From Bdellovibrionales bacterium (GTDB lineage Bacteria > Bdellovibrionota > Bdellovibrionia > Bdellovibrionales > UBA1609): 64,000 nt of DNA. Where the stretch lies: contig OZ241329.1 of assembly GCA_965199825.1 (NCBI GenBank), positions 2,304,001 to 2,368,000 on the forward strand, given 5' to 3'. Both the position numbers and the translations under genes were made by a program. The notes under the pieces were generated by a model, which worked only from the letters and a program-made list of their open reading frames with translations, was not told the origin of the DNA and did no database searches. This document shows positions 47,940-56,606 of the stretch, in pieces. Every line of letters starts with the position of its first letter. Positions within the stretch are counted from its first letter, which is position 1.

Positions 47940-47999
47940 TTCTTCATAGTCCTAAATATGGGGCTGCTCAAAAAAACAATTAAAGGGGCCAGCTTTAAT

Positions 48000-48028
48000 T
48001 TGATAACGGGGAATTCTTTATTTAACCT
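48000..48028 (+). promoter_or_regulatory. Sigma-70 promoter, probably giving a leaderless transcript
   Basis: TTGATA-N17-TAACCT-N6-ATG. Confidence 0.5.
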
Positions 48029-48034
48029 TTTCTA

Positions 48035-49234
48035 ATGCAAGTCTTAAAATGGATTTTGATCAGTGCAATCGTCGGCGTCATCGCCGGTGTGGCGTCAACG
48101 TTGTTTCATTTTGCACTCCTACATGTAACCGATTATCGACGAGCCCATCTCGAAATGATTTATTTTTTGCCTCTCGCCGGTTTTGCTATCGGCTGGTGTT
48201 ATCAGTTGGTCGGGCAGACCACTCATCGAGGGCAGGGACTTATCCTTGATGAGATTCATAATACAAAAAAGATTTTGCCTCTGCGAATGGCGCCGCTCGT
48301 TTTTGTGAGCACCTTGGTGACCCATCTTTTTGGGGGATCGGCCGGGCGCGAGGGCACAGCGGTTCAGATCAGTGCCAGTCTTGCGGATCAGCTGTCACAT
48401 CTTTTTCCGCTAACACCTGGAGAACGACGCAGGCTTTTGATGTGCGCAATGGGTGCCGGGTTTGCTGCGGCCTTAGGGACACCATTGGCGGGAGCAATTT
48501 TTGGGATGGAAGTGATTGCGGTGGGTCGCTTTCGACTCAACGCTTGGATGGAGTGCTTGACCGCGGCAGGAATTGCGTATGGTCTTGCGGTTTTTTTAAA
48601 TGCACCGCACTCGGTTTTTCCAACCGTCAACATGCCGCTGGATGATCTGTTGGCACTCGGAATTATGGTGCCGGCGGGACTGGTTGCAGGACTTACCGCG
48701 CGACTCTTTATTGAGGTGACACATGGAATTCAACACGCTTTTGAGTGGATCAAATATAAACCCTTAAGGCCGTTTCTTGCGGGCTGTGTACTTTCATTGG
48801 CTATATTTTCGTTTCAACTTTTTGATTACGCGGGACTTGGGCTTTATGTGATTCAGGATGCGTTTCATAATAATTTTTCGCTCCAAGTTCCGTTGATCAA
48901 AGGATTAATGAGTGCCCTCACAGTAGGTTCGGGCTTCAAAGGTGGAGAATTTATTCCGCTGGCTTACATTGGGAGCACATTAGGAAGTGCCCTCAGTGCT
49001 TATCTTCCAGTGAGCACCGAATTTTTGGCAGCGATTGGATTTGCCAGTGTATTTGCCGGGGCATCGAATACACCACTGGCTTGTACATTTATGGCAATGG
49101 AACTTTTTGGTTTTCAGATTGGACCCTATGCGGTGATAGCCTGCTACATGAGCTTTCTTTGTTCGGGTCGTCGCGGAATTTATGAGAGTCAAAAAGGGAT
49201 TTTGGATAAGCCTGGATTTATGAATCGATTGTAA
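48035..49234 (+). CDS. CLC (EriC) channel/antiporter, CLC-F-like
   Basis: GQGLILDE, GGSAGREGTAVQ, GFKGGEFIP, NTPLAC. Confidence 0.88.
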   Translation: MQVLKWILISAIVGVIAGVASTLFHFALLHVTDYRRAHLEMIYFLPLAGFAIGWCYQLVGQTTHRGQGLILDEIHNTKKILPLRMAPLVFVSTLVTHLFGGSAGREGTAVQISASLADQLSHLFPLTPGERRRLLMCAMGAGFAAALGTPLAGAIFGMEVIAVGRFRLNAWMECLTAAGIAYGLAVFLNAPHSVFPTVNMPLDDLLALGIMVPAGLVAGLTARLFIEVTHGIQHAFEWIKYKPLRPFLAGCVLSLAIFSFQLFDYAGLGLYVIQDAFHNNFSLQVPLIKGLMSALTVGSGFKGGEFIPLAYIGSTLGSALSAYLPVSTEFLAAIGFASVFAGASNTPLACTFMAMELFGFQIGPYAVIACYMSFLCSGRRGIYESQKGILDKPGFMNRL

Positions 49235-49722
49235 ACATCTCTTAAAGATTTGGGAGCAAGTTTTAAATTTTTAAAAAAATCAGATTTGGCATTTGGTCCT
49301 AAATTATCGCTCACAAATTTGTAACAGCTGAATTCGATCTTATTTTTTTGGCAAAGGTGAGCGATGGTATAGGCCTCCATATCATAAACATCGGCATCCT
49401 CGTTTTCGATCTGGATGGTTTTACCACTTGAACATGATCCTGTTTTATAGCCTAACTCCTTGCCGTTAAGAAAAATTGGCGGATATTGAGAGTCTTGGTC
49501 AATAAATTGAGTGCAGTGAATGATTTCTCCAACTGTATAGCGAGAGCTGCCAGCAGTACCAAGATTTAAAATGTTGAGAGAACCTTGATCAATCAGACGT
49601 TTCACCGCTTCTGCGGCAGCGTGAGGTCCAAGGCCTGTGTAAACAACCGGGATATGTGAGAAATAACCTTTGGCCTCAAGCGGAGAGGCCATGACCACTA
49701 CTAGATTATTCAAAACCAGCAT
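49189..49722 (-). CDS. MTA/SAH nucleosidase-like (purine phosphorylase superfamily) protein
   Basis: TGLG, NLGTAG, YDMEAY, KFVSD. Confidence 0.8.
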   Translation of the reverse strand: MLVLNNLVVVMASPLEAKGYFSHIPVVYTGLGPHAAAEAVKRLIDQGSLNILNLGTAGSSRYTVGEIIHCTQFIDQDSQYPPIFLNGKELGYKTGSCSSGKTIQIENEDADVYDMEAYTIAHLCQKNKIEFSCYKFVSDNLGPNAKSDFFKNLKLAPKSLRDVYNRFINPGLSKIPF

Positions 49723-50836
49723 GATTTATAAAAAAACCAGACAGAGGAGTTTGCTTTTTTAATAGTTTTCTAAACACAAAATTGGGTTTGAGGTCCAAGA
49801 CCAAAACCGAGCTCTCGGGTGAAAATAATTTTTGGGGAACCAAAATCTGAACTTTTAAAATGTCGGTTTTAGGATCGTAAGATTCAAAGGCCAGATCCAC
49901 CGTGTCTTTTTTTAAAATATTCTTTTTAAAAGCATCAAGGGTTGCCTCGTCAGAAACAAAAACATTTTTTGTTTGCATCGGTGGCCAATCTTTTATTTTT
50001 TGTAGCTTTGAATCGCTTCTTAACGTTCGCGCAAAACTCTCAAGATCTATAAAATCTAAAATCTCGGCGGCTTGACCGGTTCTAAGATCAAGGGTTGTCC
50101 AGTTCACTTGTCCGACAGGATCTTGACCTTGCGAAGCCTCTTCATAAACTTCTGTTTTGTAAGAAAAAAGATTTCCTACAAAAGACAGAGGACGAATGGC
50201 GATAGACTTAAAAGTCTCTTCGTCGGCTCTGGGCTTAACCGGATTTTTTAGCTCGTCGGCTTCGTCATACAGCACATGATCGGTACGGGCGCGACCGTAT
50301 TCGATATATAAAGTAAAAAGGTCGTTTTTGAAAACATGGCGGGCCACTTGGGCGCGCAGAAGTTTGTAAAAATCTCTAACATGATCGATGCGGTAATCTT
50401 TATTTTCAAAATGGACGCGGTAAACTCCATTGCGATATTCAATTTTTGGATAGTGGTGGGTTTTGGCAGCTCGAATCGCTTCGGCAGCGGTAAACACCTC
50501 GAGCTTTTCGTATTTGAGTTTGTCTTTTCTGAGGGCGATAGAATGCTCAAGTTCATTCAGATCATTGGTCGTAAAAAAGCCATTTTTATTTTTATTCAAA
50601 AATGTTTTGGCAAGTTCGATTTGTTTTTCGGCGATGTCGATTTTATTTTGTTTCAGAGCAACTTCAGCCTCAAACATGGGCTCAACCATCGGATCTTTTT
50701 GCTTTACCAGGTCTGGAACTTTTTCGAGCAAAAAAAGTGCCTCTTGAGTTTTTCCAGATTGGATTAAACTTTGAACCGAAAAGAAAGTGGCGTCAGTCGA
50801 CCAGCATAAGAGTGAGAACAACAAAATTTTAAACAT
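49706..50836 (-). CDS. Hypothetical secreted protein with TPR-like N-terminus
   Basis: Signal peptide; helical N-terminal region; no firm family. Confidence 0.6.
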   Translation of the reverse strand: MFKILLFSLLCWSTDATFFSVQSLIQSGKTQEALFLLEKVPDLVKQKDPMVEPMFEAEVALKQNKIDIAEKQIELAKTFLNKNKNGFFTTNDLNELEHSIALRKDKLKYEKLEVFTAAEAIRAAKTHHYPKIEYRNGVYRVHFENKDYRIDHVRDFYKLLRAQVARHVFKNDLFTLYIEYGRARTDHVLYDEADELKNPVKPRADEETFKSIAIRPLSFVGNLFSYKTEVYEEASQGQDPVGQVNWTTLDLRTGQAAEILDFIDLESFARTLRSDSKLQKIKDWPPMQTKNVFVSDEATLDAFKKNILKKDTVDLAFESYDPKTDILKVQILVPQKLFSPESSVLVLDLKPNFVFRKLLKKQTPLSGFFINHAGFE

Positions 50837-50857
50837 AGGCTGATTAGAACCGGAGCT

Positions 50858-52111
50858 TTAATCAAAGTTCAAGTCTGGTTGTTTCAGTATTCCGTGCAGC
50901 TGCTCTCGGGTCATGGTGTGTTGATTTCCACTTTTTAAATCCTTGACCTGATAAAGAGATTTTTTAAGTTCATCATCCCCAAAGATCACCGCGAAATGAG
51001 CTTCGGCACGATTTGCCTTTTTGAGGCGCTTTTGCAAATTGCCAGAAAAACTCAAATCAATATCAAGCCCCTCACTCCGAAGGCTGTGAGAGAGTTCGGT
51101 GGCATGCCGGATCGCCTCATCACCTAAAGGAATCAGACTAATAATTTTTGTTTTTGGTTTGCTCTCATTGAGAAGAAGACTCAATCGCTCCATTCCAGAA
51201 GCCCAACCAACACCAGGAGTGGCCGGGCCACCCATTGTCGCGATCAAATGATCATATCGGCCGCCAGCCAATACCGCATCCTGTGACCCGATATGACTCG
51301 TACGGTATTCGAAAACTGAATGAGTATAATAATCAAGGCCGCGAACTAAGTTCGGGTTCAATATAAAATCGATTTTGAGATCTTTTAAATGGGATTGCAC
51401 ATTTTCAAAAAAAGTTTTTGCCAGGGGAGTCAGACACTCGCTCAATTGGGGTGCCCCTTCACAAATTTTTTGGTCTTCGGGACTTTTAGAATCTAAAATT
51501 CTTAAAGGATTTGATTTTAATCTTTGCTGACTTTCTTTGGATAAATGCTTTTCTTGAGGCTCAAGATAAGCCAATAATTTTTCCCGATGGAGCGTGCGAC
51601 TTTCTTTATCACCAATCGAATTGAGGTGAAGTTCACATTTGTCCAACACACCAAGCTCTTTTAAAAGAATATGCCCAAAAGAAATCGCTTCGACATCGGC
51701 CAGAAATTGATCAACACCGAGAATTTCGATTCCAACCTGATGAAATTGGCGCAGCCGACCTTTTTGGGGTCTTTCGTAGCGAAACATCGGGCCCATATAA
51801 ATCAGCTTCAAAGGAAGCTCTTGGCTTAAGCCTTCCGAAATAAAACTGCGAGCCACACCGGCAGTGCCTTCGGGACGAAGTGTGAGGCTCTCGCCACCGC
51901 GGTCGGTAAATGTGTACATTTCTTTCGAAACAATGTCTGAGGTGTCGCCCAAGGTTCTTGAAAATACCTCGGTGAATTCAAAGATCGGAGTTTGAAATTC
52001 TTGAAATTGAAATCGCCGCGCCACTTCAAGAGCGGTGTTTTGAATCAATCGGAATCGATAAGCGTCTTCGCCAAATAAATCTTTTGTACCACGAACAGGT
52101 TGCATTGCCAT
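50858..52111 (-). CDS. hisS: Histidine--tRNA ligase
   Basis: VRGTKD, LRPEGTA, FRYERPQKGRLRQFHQ, LVRGLDYY, GGRYD. Confidence 0.97.
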   Translation of the reverse strand: MAMQPVRGTKDLFGEDAYRFRLIQNTALEVARRFQFQEFQTPIFEFTEVFSRTLGDTSDIVSKEMYTFTDRGGESLTLRPEGTAGVARSFISEGLSQELPLKLIYMGPMFRYERPQKGRLRQFHQVGIEILGVDQFLADVEAISFGHILLKELGVLDKCELHLNSIGDKESRTLHREKLLAYLEPQEKHLSKESQQRLKSNPLRILDSKSPEDQKICEGAPQLSECLTPLAKTFFENVQSHLKDLKIDFILNPNLVRGLDYYTHSVFEYRTSHIGSQDAVLAGGRYDHLIATMGGPATPGVGWASGMERLSLLLNESKPKTKIISLIPLGDEAIRHATELSHSLRSEGLDIDLSFSGNLQKRLKKANRAEAHFAVIFGDDELKKSLYQVKDLKSGNQHTMTREQLHGILKQPDLNFD

Positions 52112-52120
52112 CGCCTCGAA

Positions 52121-53137
52121 CTAGCACTGTTTGGCACAGAGTTCACCTAGGATTTTGGCAAAAGAATCGATGTCCTTGAATGAGGTATCAAAACTGGTGA
52201 CCAGGCGAGAAACTTGATTGTCCCAAAGATAAAAGAAATGTTGTTTTCTTAAAGGCTTAATCAAAACCTTTGGCAGTTGAACAAAAATCATATTGCTCTC
52301 AACCGGATAAATGATTGGACCATAGTCGGCCACTTTTGATTTTAAAAGATCAGTCATTTGGCAACTCGAGCGCGCAATATCAAGCCACAGGTTTTTTTCA
52401 AAAAAGCTCAAAAACTGAGTTGCCATAAACCGAGTCTTGGTTGGCAGATTGAGCAGTTGTTTTCGCCAGTAAAAACTACGTACAGATTTTTGTTGATCAA
52501 AAAACACCACCGCCTCTGAATGAAGTAAACCATTTTTGGTTCCACCAAATGAAACCACATCCACACCAATGTCGGATGTTAAATTTTTAAGAGTGCAGTT
52601 CAGTCTATAACAGGCATGGATGAGCCGGGCGCCGTCGAGATGCACAAAAAGATGATGAGATTTCGCAAAGTCGATCAAACTTTTAAGCTCCTCGATGGAG
52701 TAAAGGGTTCCGAGTTCGGTTGGCTGAGTAAGGGACAACAGGCCGGGTGGTGAAAAGTGCTGATCTTTTTTTCGTGTTAAAAAAGGTTTTAAACTCTCAA
52801 TGCTGATTTTTCCGTCTTGTGACTGGACCGGATAAAGTTTGATCCCCGATTTTTCGGGAGCTCCGCATTCATCCAAAAAAAGGTGCGAGCCTTCGCTCAC
52901 TAATGCCGCCTGAAAATCCTCTAAATAAATTTTAAGACTTAAAACATTTGCGGCAGTGCCGTTAAAAACAAAACACACTTGAGCTGTTTCGCCGAAGTGA
53001 GTTTTAAAAACACAATCACTGAGCTTAGTTAAATCATCTTGTCCGTAGCCCTGAGCATGACCCTGATTAGCAGCAATAATGGCTGCTAAAATCTTTGGAT
53101 GAATTCCTGCTTGATTGTCAGAAGCAAAGCTGTGCAT
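52121..53137 (-). CDS. Low-specificity L-threonine aldolase family protein
   Basis: FASDN, FNGTAAN, DECGAPE, TQPTELGT, HLDGAR, GGTKNG. Confidence 0.88.
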   Translation of the reverse strand: MHSFASDNQAGIHPKILAAIIAANQGHAQGYGQDDLTKLSDCVFKTHFGETAQVCFVFNGTAANVLSLKIYLEDFQAALVSEGSHLFLDECGAPEKSGIKLYPVQSQDGKISIESLKPFLTRKKDQHFSPPGLLSLTQPTELGTLYSIEELKSLIDFAKSHHLFVHLDGARLIHACYRLNCTLKNLTSDIGVDVVSFGGTKNGLLHSEAVVFFDQQKSVRSFYWRKQLLNLPTKTRFMATQFLSFFEKNLWLDIARSSCQMTDLLKSKVADYGPIIYPVESNMIFVQLPKVLIKPLRKQHFFYLWDNQVSRLVTSFDTSFKDIDSFAKILGELCAKQC

Positions 53138-53656
53138 TTAATTCTTATTTACTCGTTGAAGGATCAGTTGAGCGATTACCGAGTGATCTTTTTTGGTTAG
53201 GCTGGTCGATTTATAAATAAATAACGCCTTTGTTTCGATGCGGCGATAGAGCACCTCAAAAAGCCTTAAGATCTCTAGAGGATCAATTCCGATCGGTTCA
53301 AAAATATTAAGGTTAAGATAAATTGCTGCCGATTTTTTTTTGACTAAGGTGTCAGCAAGGTGCGACATCACAAATTCGCAAACGGTTTTACCACTCATGA
53401 GCCATTCAAAAAAGCCAAAGCTCATTTTTAAATTTTGATCTTCGGACTTATTTAAAAAATGAAAGCCGGTCTGATTCGAACTCATTTGCGAATCAAATCG
53501 CAGCGCCAGCTCGGTATTTATTTGATGATGAAGCGAGCCGGCAATAAGATTGCTTTCAGGATTAAAAGTGTCACTCCATTCGTGGGGTGAAGAAATTTGT
53601 TTTAATTCTTCAAGGACCGCCGAATTAAAATCAAGGATCGAAAATTTTGACTTCAT
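53138..53656 (-). CDS. Hypothetical protein
   Basis: 172-aa ORF abutting the aldolase gene. Confidence 0.55.
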   Translation of the reverse strand: MKSKFSILDFNSAVLEELKQISSPHEWSDTFNPESNLIAGSLHHQINTELALRFDSQMSSNQTGFHFLNKSEDQNLKMSFGFFEWLMSGKTVCEFVMSHLADTLVKKKSAAIYLNLNIFEPIGIDPLEILRLFEVLYRRIETKALFIYKSTSLTKKDHSVIAQLILQRVNKN

Positions 53657-54148
53657 ATGGGCTGGACATTACGGGATATTGCATCGCATTCTCAAGGAAT
53701 GGCTCATCTTCGATATACCCAAATTCTTGATTGCGAGGCCCAAAAGGCTTTCGATTTTTTAAATAATCCACAGTCGGTGGGATATATGCTCACACCGCTC
53801 ATTACGGTTAAAACCGCATCGGTCGAGCACCAATTCCATCCCGATAAAGAATACGAATTCCTGATGACACGATTTGGAATTACCCAATTGGTGAAAGTCT
53901 ATATTGAAGATGTGCTCCCCGGAAGGCGAATGACTTTTCGTCAAACCTTGGGAATTTTTAAAAGTTATCGGCAGACCACGATTTGTGAACCGATTGACGA
54001 TCATCGAGTGCAGCTCAGCGAAGAAATCGATTTTGAGATGCACTTTGGAGTTTTTGGTGCGGTGTTCTCAACCATTTTTGTGAAGCGAGATTTAAAATTG
54101 CTTTTAAAGCATCGCTTCACCCAAATTGAACGGCGACTAAAAAAATAG
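53657..54148 (+). CDS. SRPBCC/START-like (cyclase family) protein
   Basis: AFDF..P....LTP and FRQTLGIFKSY..E.I.F..G pattern; true start may be ATG 53699. Confidence 0.7.
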   Translation: MGWTLRDIASHSQGMAHLRYTQILDCEAQKAFDFLNNPQSVGYMLTPLITVKTASVEHQFHPDKEYEFLMTRFGITQLVKVYIEDVLPGRRMTFRQTLGIFKSYRQTTICEPIDDHRVQLSEEIDFEMHFGVFGAVFSTIFVKRDLKLLLKHRFTQIERRLKK

Positions 54149-54155
54149 AAATTTT

Positions 54156-54734
54156 TTAAGCAAAGTTCTCATTAGCAAAATTCCAGTTCACCACATTCCA
54201 AAAACTTTCGAGATATTTTGGTCGAGCATTACGGTAATCAATGTAATAGGCATGCTCCCACACATCACAAGTCATCAAAGGTTTTACGCCTTGTTTGGTG
54301 AGTGGAGTTTCGGCATTGGATGTGGTTTGAATTTCTACTTTTCCATCTGCATTTTGAACAAGCCAGGCCCAGCCCGAACCAAATTGGGCTACGGCTGCAG
54401 CCGAAAATTTTTCTTTAAACGCATCAAAACTTCCAAAGCTTTGATCGATCGCAGTGGCCAATCTGCCTTTACCCAGAGAAGTCGATTTTGGCGAGAGCGA
54501 GTTCCAATAAAAAGTATGATTCCAAACTTGTGCCGCATTATTAAAAGTTGGCCCCGAACTGGATTTAATTATCTCTTCTAAAGATTTGTTTTTTTGATCC
54601 GTCGATTCGATCAACTGATTGAGTTTATCAACGTAAGCCTTGTGATGCTTTCCGTAGTGAAAATCAAGGGTTTCGGCAGAAATATGAGGTTGAAGCGCAT
54701 CTCTACTAAAGGGCAGTGGGGGAAGAGTGATCAT
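54156..54734 (-). CDS. sodB: Fe-superoxide dismutase
   Basis: HYGKHH, FNNAAQVWNHTFYW, FGSGWAW, DVWEHAYY. Confidence 0.95.
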   Translation of the reverse strand: MITLPPLPFSRDALQPHISAETLDFHYGKHHKAYVDKLNQLIESTDQKNKSLEEIIKSSSGPTFNNAAQVWNHTFYWNSLSPKSTSLGKGRLATAIDQSFGSFDAFKEKFSAAAVAQFGSGWAWLVQNADGKVEIQTTSNAETPLTKQGVKPLMTCDVWEHAYYIDYRNARPKYLESFWNVVNWNFANENFA

Positions 54735-54779
54735 AAGAACCTCCGTTAAAAATTGAATATCGTCAACTTTGCACAGATC

Positions 54780-55556
54780 TTATATGAGGGCGAGTTCTTT
54801 TAAAAAATTCTGTAGCGCCACCATCTCATCGAGTCCTAAATCTCCGATGCCCCCCACCAATAGGGATTTCAGTGCGTCTTTTTTAGAGAGCAGTTGAGCC
54901 CCAGTGAGATCCTCAAAGCGAGCCGCAACTTGTGCAATAATTGATGATTTATTTTTAAGATCAAGTTTTAGAATCTTAACCACGGTTTCGTCAAAAAAGG
55001 GTTGAGAAGGCACATTGTGATTTTGGATCAAGCACCCCACCAAAAGACTTGGACTTAAAAGTGCTTCTGAATTTTTTAATCCTTTTGCGATTCCAAAAGC
55101 CAAGAGGGCGATGTGAAGATTTTTGCTCAATTTAGAATTTTTAAGTTCAAGAATTGAAACTAAGTTTTGGTTGGATAAAGTAAAATAGTTTTTAAGCTCT
55201 TCAGCGCCCAAGATCAATGTGGAATATAAATCTTCCGAATTTGGCGACATCAAAAACTCTTCGATCAGTTTGCAAAAGGCATCATGCACATCCTGTGGCT
55301 TTAGTTCAGGATCTGTCCAAACGGGCATAAATATTTTTTGTAGGTTTTTAAGATAAATGTTGTAATCATCAATACTCACAAATAAGGATTGTGAAGATTT
55401 TTTTTTGAATTTTTCGACGGTTTGGGTTTCGAGCACGTCTCCTTTGCGGCGATAAAGAACAAAGCGTGAACCCACACTGACGTAACAATTGTAAGGAAGC
55501 GCTTCTCCCGCTGAGAGCGAAAGACTTTTGATCGGTTTTAAAACACGGTCATTCAT
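54780..55556 (-). CDS. Hypothetical protein resembling a degenerate HD-GYP-type protein
   Basis: N-terminal FVLYRRKGD...LFV..DD..Y region; GCLIQN where HD would be; IAQVAARFE. Confidence 0.45.
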   Translation of the reverse strand: MNDRVLKPIKSLSLSAGEALPYNCYVSVGSRFVLYRRKGDVLETQTVEKFKKKSSQSLFVSIDDYNIYLKNLQKIFMPVWTDPELKPQDVHDAFCKLIEEFLMSPNSEDLYSTLILGAEELKNYFTLSNQNLVSILELKNSKLSKNLHIALLAFGIAKGLKNSEALLSPSLLVGCLIQNHNVPSQPFFDETVVKILKLDLKNKSSIIAQVAARFEDLTGAQLLSKKDALKSLLVGGIGDLGLDEMVALQNFLKELALI

Positions 55557-56575
55557 TTTTCTGATTCAAGCATCGACAAAGTCCAGTGGGCAATCTCTTT
55601 CAAATGGGGATATTTGTCGGCGGCTCGTCTCACAGCTGGAATCATTTCATACAAATAATGATTGGCACTCAGAATCAAAGCGGTTCTTCGTAATCGTTTT
55701 GCTCCAGCCCTAAGGAGGGGCGTCGAGCGCAGTCGTTCTTCGATTTCTCGATTCGAACTGTTCAACAAAAACTCAATATCTGAAATAAGATCCTCGCGGC
55801 TCGAATGTTTTTGTCGCTCCAATTTAATCTCGGACCCAAATGCTTTTTCGTTCCAAGGGCAAACCGTTTGACAAAGATCGCATCCAAAAAGCCAATCTTT
55901 CATCAATGGGCGAAGTCCAATATCAGGATCATTTTGGGCTTCAATATTGAGGTAAGACAAACACCGCCGTGCATCTAATTTTCTGGGCTCAATCAACGCC
56001 TGAGTGGGGCAAATATCAATACACCGCGTACAAGTTCCACAGCGATCGGGCATCAGCACTGAGGCTTGATCAAGATGCAGACTTGTTAAGATTTCGCCTA
56101 TAAAAAACAAGCTGCCTTTTTGGGGATGAATCAAACAGGTGTTTTTGCCCACAAATCCAAGTCCTGCCCGATACCCTAGGTCTCGCTCCAAAATCGGTTG
56201 CGAATCGGTGGCCGAAAAAAAGAAGTCTTGCGGAAATTCTGACTCGAGTTTTTTTTGAAGAGCATTTAATTTTTCGAGAAAAAAATAATGATAATCCTTG
56301 CCGCGGGCGTAGAGCGCGACCTTGCCCCTAAAAGTCGGCAGCGGTTCGGGGTGAGGAAAATAGTTTTGGGCAATCACGATTGCGGATTGAGCTCTGGGCC
56401 AAAGTTGTTGCGGGCTTTTTTTGATCTCAAGGTGATTTTTGAGATATTCCATACTGCCGTTGAGATTCTCGCCCACCCACGTCTGGTAAAACTCAAAACT
56501 CAGCGGTTTTTTGAGTTCGGCAAATCCAAAATGCGAAAATCCGAAATCTTTGATCAGTGTTTCGGTCTGTGACAT
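55553..56575 (-). CDS. queG: tRNA epoxyqueuosine reductase
   Basis: YARGKDYH, GKN, CGTCTRCIDICPT, RCLSY, FGCDLCQTVCPWN; start set at MSQT. Confidence 0.95.
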   Translation of the reverse strand: MSQTETLIKDFGFSHFGFAELKKPLSFEFYQTWVGENLNGSMEYLKNHLEIKKSPQQLWPRAQSAIVIAQNYFPHPEPLPTFRGKVALYARGKDYHYFFLEKLNALQKKLESEFPQDFFFSATDSQPILERDLGYRAGLGFVGKNTCLIHPQKGSLFFIGEILTSLHLDQASVLMPDRCGTCTRCIDICPTQALIEPRKLDARRCLSYLNIEAQNDPDIGLRPLMKDWLFGCDLCQTVCPWNEKAFGSEIKLERQKHSSREDLISDIEFLLNSSNREIEERLRSTPLLRAGAKRLRRTALILSANHYLYEMIPAVRRAADKYPHLKEIAHWTLSMLESEK

Positions 56576-56606
56576 AATACTTTTTTGCACAACCTTAAGG
56601 GATATA

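Larger units (their letters stand above)
46960..47997 (+). mobile_element. IS1-like insertion element, copy 2
   Basis: Perfect 24-bp IRs TAAAGCTGGCCCCTTTAATTGTTT at 46960-46983 and 47974-47997. Confidence 0.85.

Noticed and set aside
43903..48034. Integrative island at tRNA-Leu
   Set aside because: No integrase, and no duplicated tRNA 3' end (att site) seen in the window
47940..48034. Fluoride (crcB) riboswitch upstream of the CLC gene
   Set aside because: No GGCGATGG..CGCC consensus; the region is occupied by the IS end and a promoter
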